Virus record (IMG/VR): IMGVR_UViG_3300045988_044263
Reading direction: 5' to 3' (one strand)
Source: a virus
DNA: 17,643 bases
The translations under genes were made by a program, and so were the position numbers. This document shows, piece by piece, positions 12,243-17,643 of this stretch (its first letter is position 1; the number at the start of each line of letters is the position of its first letter). Below the pieces are notes generated by a model. The model did not search any database, was not told the DNA's origin, and was given only the letters and a program-made list of their open reading frames with translations.

Positions 12243-13121
12243 ATGTCTAGTATCAACAAAACCCCGCACTATAATCTCAGCCAGTTTGGCGACAGCCCGG
12301 ACGATAAGCCATCGTGGCGCGGTGACTACACCGGCGACATGAGCAAAATCGATTCACAGATGTACCGCAACGAAACGGACGCGACCACCGCCACGTCCAC
12401 CGCCAATACGGCCAAGAACACTGCCGATAATGCCCTTGAGCTGGCGCAAACCAATAAGGGTGATATTGCTGTTCAGGAGTCCTATTTTACCGCGCTCGGC
12501 GTGACCTCAGAGCCGACCGCGCAAGCATTGATGTCCACCATTAACGGTAAGGCGGAAAATACCGCGTTGACGGCATTGCAGGGCACGGTGTCCTCTCTGT
12601 CCGGCAGGGTTGACGGCAAGGCCGACGCTTCACAGGTGTATACCAAGGCGCAGGCTGACACTACGTTTATCAAGCAGGGTGGATATTCGGGTACCGCGCA
12701 AGAGTTGAACTCCGCTATTGACGGAGTGTCGTCAAGTTTTGAGCAATTCAAGGAGAATGGTCAAGCGCCGACTAGCATCGGTACACGAACGCAAACGAAC
12801 TACTCCGGGCTTGAGGTTGCGTTCTCGGCCTATTATTCGCCGCTGACGCATCTCGTCGTGGTTCGCGGCGGTCTTCATGGCACAACCACGGCAACTCTGG
12901 CGGCGAGTGCACATCAACTTGGCACGATTGACCAAACGTATGCACCCGTAAATTACGATTTTCAAGCAATTTGCGATTACAATTTTGGCAATTCCGGCGA
13001 CGGCGCAAGGTTGGAGGTCAAGAAGAACGGGACGGTCCAATTCCGAAACTGGGCGCAGGTTAAGAGTGGTCAGCCAGTCGATTCTGACGCCTGTGTGGCC
13101 TACTACGTTCTACCAAAGTGA
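12243..13121 (+). CDS. Tail fibre / appendage (receptor-binding) protein, 292 aa
   Basis: It has a strong SD. The N-terminal motif (TPHYNLSQFGDSPDDKPSWRGDYTGDMSKIDSQM) is typical of Gram-positive phage fibre N-termini. An Ala/Thr-rich helical repeat region follows (TANTAKNTADNALELAQTNKGD...ALQGTVSSLSGRVDGKADASQVYTKAQAD), then a distinct C-terminal domain. Confidence 0.6.
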   Translation: MSSINKTPHYNLSQFGDSPDDKPSWRGDYTGDMSKIDSQMYRNETDATTATSTANTAKNTADNALELAQTNKGDIAVQESYFTALGVTSEPTAQALMSTINGKAENTALTALQGTVSSLSGRVDGKADASQVYTKAQADTTFIKQGGYSGTAQELNSAIDGVSSSFEQFKENGQAPTSIGTRTQTNYSGLEVAFSAYYSPLTHLVVVRGGLHGTTTATLAASAHQLGTIDQTYAPVNYDFQAICDYNFGNSGDGARLEVKKNGTVQFRNWAQVKSGQPVDSDACVAYYVLPK

Positions 13122-13159
13122 TGTAATCGTATTGGAAATCCTCATGTTCCACACGAACC

Positions 13160-13189
13160 ATACCCCGCTCGATACGCCGGGCGGGGTAT
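13160..13189 (+). other. Stem-loop after the fibre gene (9-bp perfect stem)
   Basis: ATACCCCGC (13160-13168) pairs with GCGGGGTAT (13181-13189) across a 12-nt loop. The 3' arm overlaps TATACT (13187-13192). Confidence 0.55.
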
Positions 13190-13192
13190 ACT
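13187..13192 (+). promoter_or_regulatory. -10-like TATACT, 6 nt upstream of ATG 13199 (possible leaderless start)
   Basis: TATACT-aatatc-ATG has the same geometry as the sequence upstream of the portal gene. There is no usable SD. Confidence 0.25.
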
Positions 13193-13198
13193 AATATC

Positions 13199-14413
13199 AT
13201 GGTAGACGTACAGGCATGGTTAGAGCGTACTCAAGACCAGTATTGGGATATGGATGGGGTTTATGGTGCCCAGTGTTGGGACTTGTGGGCTAAGTATTGC
13301 ATGGATAATTACAATTTGTCGTTAGGCGATTGCATCACCCCAACAGGTTACGCGGAAGGTAATTACACCATGTTCCCCACCACGTCCGCCGTGGGGCGTG
13401 TTTTCGAGAAAAAGGACGCCAACTATACGCCCGGCATGGGGGATGTCGTGTTTTGGAGGTTCGGCAGTCAAAACTACCCCGGCAGCCACGTAGCCATCGT
13501 ATGGGGTGGTATCCAAGGCGACAATATCGACGTGCTGACCCAAAATCCGACGCCAGCCGTGCATCAAACCCTCCCGCTCGCAAAAGGGTCACAGCTTCTC
13601 GGTTATCTGCATCCTACGGCATTGCCGGAACCGCCGGAATCCGGCGATAACCCGACGGGCGGGAATAATCCGGGCGTAGACGTGGACGGCGACATCTCCG
13701 CGTGGATTCAATTGCAAGGCGATAATCTCGTATACCACAGTGGCTGGGGCACGACATCATCCCAAGCCATTTTCTATAAATCGAGCGCCCAGACGTGGGT
13801 ATATCGCGGCGGTACGGGTCAGCCGGACGCCGATCATGGTCAGGGGACGCCAAGCGTGGGCGACGGGAAAAGCTCATACGCGCTCTATGTCATCGGTACC
13901 GTTGAATCATCATTGCGCTGGGATGCTGTTGAACCAAACAATCAAGGTATCGGAATCGCACAATGGAGTTTTGGACGCCGCCTGCAGGTCTTGAATGCAA
14001 TGAAGGCGGTGGACGCTGTAGGGTATGAGGCGTTTGCCGCCGCCGCGCCGGGTATCGCCGCGCTTATGGGATCGGGCGGCACGTTCGACAGGGCGATGAC
14101 CGTCAGTGAAGTTGCGGCATTCCAGACGTGGGCGCGGCGCACGGAATCACGGCAGGGCCAGCGTAATCAGTTCGCTGAGGATTACGAGAGCTATCCGCAG
14201 ACGTATGATGACGCGAAAATGCAAATACTGTGGACAAGCGCTTATCACCAAAGCCCGGCGGGCGCGTTGAACGTGCCTCACTCTTCGACACTCGCCCAAC
14301 TGTATGATAATATCCTCAGCACCCCCCCGTTCGGGCCATACGGGACGCGCTATAATACCGTCTATTCGCTATTGAATGTGTGGGACGGCACCAGTGCGCC
14401 GCCGAACTTCTGA
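13199..14413 (+). CDS. Tail-associated peptidoglycan hydrolase: N-terminal CHAP domain plus C-terminal SLT/lysozyme-like domain (phi29 gp13 position), 404 aa
   Basis: - CHAP signature: YGAQCWDLWAKYC ... GDVVFW ... PGSHVAIVWG.
- Pro/Gly linker: PEPPESGDNPTGGNNPG.
- The C-terminal half carries a transglycosylase-like ES...GIAQ pattern (IGTVESSLRWDAVEPNNQGIGIAQWS).
- The position, before the packaging ATPase, matches gp13. Confidence 0.7.
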   Translation: MVDVQAWLERTQDQYWDMDGVYGAQCWDLWAKYCMDNYNLSLGDCITPTGYAEGNYTMFPTTSAVGRVFEKKDANYTPGMGDVVFWRFGSQNYPGSHVAIVWGGIQGDNIDVLTQNPTPAVHQTLPLAKGSQLLGYLHPTALPEPPESGDNPTGGNNPGVDVDGDISAWIQLQGDNLVYHSGWGTTSSQAIFYKSSAQTWVYRGGTGQPDADHGQGTPSVGDGKSSYALYVIGTVESSLRWDAVEPNNQGIGIAQWSFGRRLQVLNAMKAVDAVGYEAFAAAAPGIAALMGSGGTFDRAMTVSEVAAFQTWARRTESRQGQRNQFAEDYESYPQTYDDAKMQILWTSAYHQSPAGALNVPHSSTLAQLYDNILSTPPFGPYGTRYNTVYSLLNVWDGTSAPPNF

Positions 14414-14419
14414 TGCAAT

Positions 14420-14449
14420 GACAGACCGGCAGATATCTACCGGTCTGTC
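14420..14449. terminator. 30-nt near-perfect palindrome / hairpin after the tail lysin gene
   Basis: GACAGACCGG c AGATATCT a CCGGTCTGTC has 10-bp perfect outer arms plus an inner AGAT/ATCT. It is followed by ACTGTTGT, a weak U-tract. Confidence 0.5.
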
Positions 14450-14458
14450 ACTGTTGTA

Positions 14459-14467
14459 TGGTAAAAT
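14459..14467 (+). promoter_or_regulatory. Extended -10-like TGGTAAAAT, 7 nt upstream of ATG 14475
   Basis: A TGn + TAAAAT motif. It would give a leaderless mRNA starting at MEKLLGEWDYY... Confidence 0.3.
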
Positions 14468-15572
14468 GGATATTATGGAGAAACTGCTAGGGGAATGGGA
14501 TTATTACGATTATGGGCGCGTATTATCCTATCACGCGCCTTGGATGTTCGTAATCGGCGCTCGCGGCCTCGGCAAAACCTACGGGGCCAAAAAACTGGTC
14601 ATTGGCGACTGGATAAAAAAACGCTGGCAATTCATCTATCTACGCAGGACGGCGGAGGAACAGAAAAACAAGGGCACATGGTTTGCGGATATCGCGGAGC
14701 AATACCCGGAGTTGGAGTTTCGCGTGTCCGGCAATCAGGCTGAATGTCACTGGCTGGATGACAGGGACGCCACCACGGACAAGCACGGCAAGACGCGCCC
14801 CACATGGCATATCATGGGGTACTTCATTGCCCTCAGTCAGGCAGGACAAGTGAAATCAGTCGCCTACCCCAAGGTACGAACCATTATTTTCGATGAGATT
14901 TTCCCCGACAACATGCGGTATTTGGGCGGTGAAGTAACCGCACTCGAAGAATTCTATAATACGGTTGACCGGTGGAATGATAGGGTTCGAATCATCATGT
15001 GCAGTAACGCGGTGACATTGGCCAACCCGTATTTCAGCGCGTTCAATATCAATCTTAAACCGCAACTGGACAATCACACGCAATACCAACGATATTGCAA
15101 CGGGTTTATCATGGTGGAACTGGCCGATTACGGAGGGTTCAGCGCCAAGGTGGCCACCTCGAAATTCGGGCAGTTCCTGCGCGAATATGACGAAAATTAT
15201 GCGAATTATGCGATCAATAATGATTTCAGGGATAACGCCAATACTCTCATCAGTGATTTCAGCAACGCCGGTTATGTGTTCACGCTAAGAACCACTGAAT
15301 ACGGTATTTTTAACATATATCAGCAATTAAGCGATACTGACGAAGTACTATATATCATTACCAAAAAACAGCCGAAAATCACCCGTGATTTTACGTTTGA
15401 TTACCGACTGGTCAATAATGATTGCATCATGCTCAAACGTTCAGACGACGTGACGCAGAAAATATTAAGCGCCTATCGCGTCGGACGATTACGTTTTGAA
15501 ACACCGCAAATCAAAGCGGAGTTCAGTATGATACTTGGCGGCTTGTTGCAACAATCTGGCATAAGAAAGTGA
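14466..15572 (+). CDS. DNA encapsidation (packaging) ATPase, phi29 gp16-like
   Basis: - Walker A: VLSYHAPWMFVIGARGLGKTYGAKK, versus phi29 MLSYDRILNFVIGARGIGKSYAMK.
- QFIYLRRT, versus phi29 QFIYVRRY.
- Walker B region: VRTIIFDEIF.
- RVRIIMCSNAVTLANPYFSAFNI, versus phi29 RVRCICLSNAVSVVNPYFLFFNL.

The start is uncertain. Candidates are 14466 (MDIM...) and 14475 (MEKLL...). ORF-track starts at 14376 or 14418 would run through the hairpin. Confidence 0.92.
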   Translation: MDIMEKLLGEWDYYDYGRVLSYHAPWMFVIGARGLGKTYGAKKLVIGDWIKKRWQFIYLRRTAEEQKNKGTWFADIAEQYPELEFRVSGNQAECHWLDDRDATTDKHGKTRPTWHIMGYFIALSQAGQVKSVAYPKVRTIIFDEIFPDNMRYLGGEVTALEEFYNTVDRWNDRVRIIMCSNAVTLANPYFSAFNINLKPQLDNHTQYQRYCNGFIMVELADYGGFSAKVATSKFGQFLREYDENYANYAINNDFRDNANTLISDFSNAGYVFTLRTTEYGIFNIYQQLSDTDEVLYIITKKQPKITRDFTFDYRLVNNDCIMLKRSDDVTQKILSAYRVGRLRFETPQIKAEFSMILGGLLQQSGIRK

Positions 15573-15582
15573 GGAGATATTC

Positions 15583-15948
15583 ATGTCGATTCATGAGTTA
15601 ATCGTTATCGGCATTGTGTTTCTATTGGTGTCAATCGACTATATTACCGGCGTGGTCAACGCGATTATGCACGGCGAATTATCCAGTGGGAAAATGCGGC
15701 AGGGCCTCGGACATAAATTCGCCTACCTTGCTATAATCTGCGTGGCGTTAATCGTAGAATACGGTTCGGATTACATCAATCTTGGAATCAGACTACCGGT
15801 ATTCATCCCGGTTTGCGCAGGCATCTGCCTGATTGAGATTACCTCGATCATGGAGAATTGCGTAAAAATCAACCCCGAGTTAAGCGGCTCCGGTATTCTC
15901 AACGTTTTTAACATCGATAAGAAGGAAAACGATGGTGAAAAAAATTAA
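15583..15948 (+). CDS. Holin (phage_holin_4 / LL-H-type family), 121 aa
   Basis: An SD (GAGGAG) precedes the start. Predicted TM segments are present, with the family pattern DYITGVVNAI...GELSSGKMRQGLGHKF...LIEITSIMENC. It lies directly upstream of the endolysin and overlaps it. Confidence 0.8.
   Translation: MSIHELIVIGIVFLLVSIDYITGVVNAIMHGELSSGKMRQGLGHKFAYLAIICVALIVEYGSDYINLGIRLPVFIPVCAGICLIEITSIMENCVKINPELSGSGILNVFNIDKKENDGEKN
15729..15737 (+). promoter_or_regulatory. TGCTATAAT (TGNTATAAT match) inside the holin gene, about 195 nt before the endolysin start
   Basis: Exact match, and an identical 9-mer to 4663-4671. Confidence 0.2.
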
Positions 15949-16999
15949 AGCAACCGCCTATAGCGTAACTGCCGCAATCACCACACTGCTACTGACATTC
16001 GCGCCAACCGCAAGCGCGGCAGACATGATAGACGTATCCAGTTGGCAAACCGGAATCAACGTCACCACCACCGGCGCGCAAATCGTTGTCGCCAAAGCCA
16101 CCGAAGGTACCGGATACGTCAACCCCGATTGCGACCGCGTAGTGCAAGACGCCTTGACAGCAGGGCAAGGCGTCGGCGTCTACCATTTCGCGCACACGGA
16201 AAACAGCGCCGTCAGTGAAGCCAATTACTTCATCAACAACACACGCGGATACATCGGCAAAGGCATCGTACCCATACTCGACTGGGAGCCGAACGCCACA
16301 TGGGACACTAATTGGGCGCTCACATGGCTCCAGACCGTGGAAGCCTCATGGGGCACCAAGCCAATTATCTACATGAACCAGTATACGGAAAACTCCAACG
16401 ACTGGTCAGCGGTCGTTGCTGGAAATTACGGTCTATGGATCGCCGCATACACGCTAGGCTATACGCCAATCTACGGATTCAACCCACCGACAATCCAACC
16501 CACACTACATAACTGGCCATTCACCGTCGCATGGCAATACACCAGCAACGGCCATGTCAACGGATGGGCCGGAGGAATTGACCTAAGCGTAGTCTACGGC
16601 GACCTCAACACATGGCATGCATACGCAGGTAGCGGACAAGCCACACCCAAGCCCACACCGCAACCCGCACCACAACCCGCACCACAACCCAGCACGCCGA
16701 ACACCCCATGTGACACTAATTGCGTTACCATCCAAAGCGGCCAGTACGTTTCAATGTTCTGGACCGACTGGTGGAACGTGACCGTACCCAGCGGCAACCC
16801 GTCAATCGTATACCCCGGTGACAGGGTATGCCACAACGGCAACAGCAACACCGCAACAACGTCGCGCACATACGTGATACAATCAGGCGACACACTCAGC
16901 GACATTGCCGCCCGGCTCGGCGTCAACATATACAACATCACCGGATACAGCTCAGGTAACATGAACCTCATCTACCCCGGAGAAATCCTATACTACTAA
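15932..16999 (+). CDS. Endolysin: signal peptide + GH25 muramidase + Pro-rich linker + LysM, 355 aa
   Basis: - N-terminus: MVKKIKATAYSVTAAITTLLLTFAPTASA|AD, a Sec-type signal or signal-anchor.
- GH25 pattern: IDVSSWQTGINV...IVVAKATEGTGYVNPDCDRVVQDALTAGQGVGVYHFA.
- Linker: PKPTPQPAPQPAPQPSTPNTP.
- C-terminal LysM: YVIQSGDTLSDIAARLGVNIYNITGYSSGNMNLIYPGEIL. Confidence 0.9.
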   Translation: MVKKIKATAYSVTAAITTLLLTFAPTASAADMIDVSSWQTGINVTTTGAQIVVAKATEGTGYVNPDCDRVVQDALTAGQGVGVYHFAHTENSAVSEANYFINNTRGYIGKGIVPILDWEPNATWDTNWALTWLQTVEASWGTKPIIYMNQYTENSNDWSAVVAGNYGLWIAAYTLGYTPIYGFNPPTIQPTLHNWPFTVAWQYTSNGHVNGWAGGIDLSVVYGDLNTWHAYAGSGQATPKPTPQPAPQPAPQPSTPNTPCDTNCVTIQSGQYVSMFWTDWWNVTVPSGNPSIVYPGDRVCHNGNSNTATTSRTYVIQSGDTLSDIAARLGVNIYNITGYSSGNMNLIYPGEILYY

Positions 17000-17010
17000 C
17001 CTCCCAGCAT

Positions 17011-17041
17011 AAATAAGCCCCGCAAAATGCGGGGCTTATTT
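17011..17041. terminator. Bidirectional intrinsic terminator between convergent genes
   Basis: A perfect 14-bp stem, AAATAAGCCCCGCA / AAA / TGCGGGGCTTATTT. A/T runs on both sides give a U-tract on either strand. Confidence 0.85.
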
Positions 17042-17074
17042 GTTACGCGACACTCATTTAAACAATTATGTCAG

Positions 17075-17320
17075 TCACCATACAAAATCATAAATTGAGA
17101 CAACATATGAACAAACGCCATTTTCAACGCCACAACATATGAAATCAAAATCACAATCATCATGGTATAATTCAAGAGCCTTAGTAAGAGCCGATTTAAA
17201 CGTGACCACACCGCCATCAATCCCCTTATGAGCCGCAACAGCTAGCCTAAAACCATCAATATCGACCTCATATAAATTACCCGGTTCAATCTCAGTCACA
17301 TAGGCCTTAACTTTAAACAT
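17075..17320 (-). CDS. Small protein, unknown function (81 aa); right-terminal gene, likely a paralog of 320..577
   Basis: This is the only minus-strand gene. ATG 17320 (MFKVKAYVTE...) lies just inside the ITR boundary, downstream of the ITR-borne SD-like AAAGGATGGTGG. The ORF track starts at TTG 17326. It ends before the bidirectional terminator. Confidence 0.65.
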   Translation of the reverse strand: MFKVKAYVTEIEPGNLYEVDIDGFRLAVAAHKGIDGGVVTFKSALTKALELYHDDCDFDFICCGVENGVCSYVVSIYDFVW

Positions 17321-17328
17321 TCTCAACC

Positions 17329-17643
17329 ACCATCCTTTCCCTATTCACTGGCTGACAATTAACATAATACCACACCACAAACACAACACGCCGAACACCA
17401 CAAAAAACGATAAAAAAACAACGCACTTAAAACACGAACAAAACCACGCACCAAAACCATGAGACAAACACCAGATAGAATCAACAACAGAAAAGAACAC
17501 AGCAAAATAGAAAGAAACAAAAACAACAACAAACAACAAAACAAGAGAAACAACAAAAAACACAGAACAAAACACAAAAACAAAACACACAACACAACAG
17601 CAGTGGAAAAAGGATAGCTGCTGGGGGCCCTCCCCTCCTTTTT
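17329..17643. repeat. Right inverted terminal repeat (315 bp)
   Basis: Exact reverse complement of 1-315. Confidence 0.95.
17364..17372 (-). promoter_or_regulatory. Mirror copy of the ITR extended -10-like element, facing inward
   Basis: Same sequence as 272-280 by ITR symmetry. It lies upstream of the minus-strand gene 17075..17320. Confidence 0.35.

Noticed and set aside
11932-12243. 103-aa + strand ORF bridging the 3' end of gene 11487..12125 and the following intergenic region
   Set aside because: It is out of frame within a supported gene and Arg/Pro-rich, with no SD. The intergenic part instead contains GCCGG x3 (12129-12147) and a GCCGGAG/CTCCGGC stem (12143-12149 / 12179-12185).
16659-16695. 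Short tandem DNA repeat (CACAACCCGCAC-like, about 3 units), considered as a possible CRISPR-like or VNTR element
   Set aside because: It lies in frame within the endolysin and encodes the PQPAPQPAPQP inter-domain linker. There is no spacer/repeat architecture. It may vary in length between isolates but is otherwise ordinary.

Overview
The window appears to be a complete linear genome of about 17.6 kb from a small phi29-like podophage that replicates by protein priming. Perfect 315-bp inverted terminal repeats (1-315 and 17329-17643) bracket about 20 genes, all but one on the + strand.

Gene order, left to right:
- four small orphan early genes
- a putative phage-type SSB
- a basic putative terminal protein, translationally adjacent to a family-B protein-primed DNA polymerase
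- a 181-nt structured non-coding gap
- a scaffold-like acidic protein and a major capsid protein with a C-terminal Big_2 domain
- tail knob (phi29 gp9-like), portal/upper collar (gp10-like), a small ORF and lower collar (gp11-like)
- two appendage/fibre proteins and a CHAP plus SLT-like tail lysin (gp13 position)
- a gp16-like packaging ATPase, a holin, and a GH25-LysM endolysin with a signal peptide
- one small gene reading inward from the right ITR

The lysis cassette, extended -10 promoters and apparently leaderless starts suggest a Gram-positive host, possibly Actinomycetota. That host call is inference only.

Most noteworthy observations:
1. The polymerase seems to lack all three exonuclease catalytic motifs.
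2. The 14-nt palindrome GTTTCACGTGAAAC occurs three times, in different reading frames or contexts.
3. The pol/scaffold gap is bounded by a promoter-like and a terminator-like element and is rich in repeats. It is a candidate prohead RNA or early/late switch.
4. The ITRs are extremely G+T-skewed, with T-tracts phased at about 12-13 bp and an iteron-like repeat.
5. The first gene inside each ITR looks like a diverged paralog of the other, driven by ITR-borne signals.
6. A decayed tandem duplicate of the capsid Big_2 3' end plus its downstream module follows the capsid gene.
7. TGNTATAAT is enriched, and three genes have a -10 hexamer 6-7 nt before the ATG.

All homology statements come from by-eye motif recognition against remembered phi29-family sequences. 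No searches were run.
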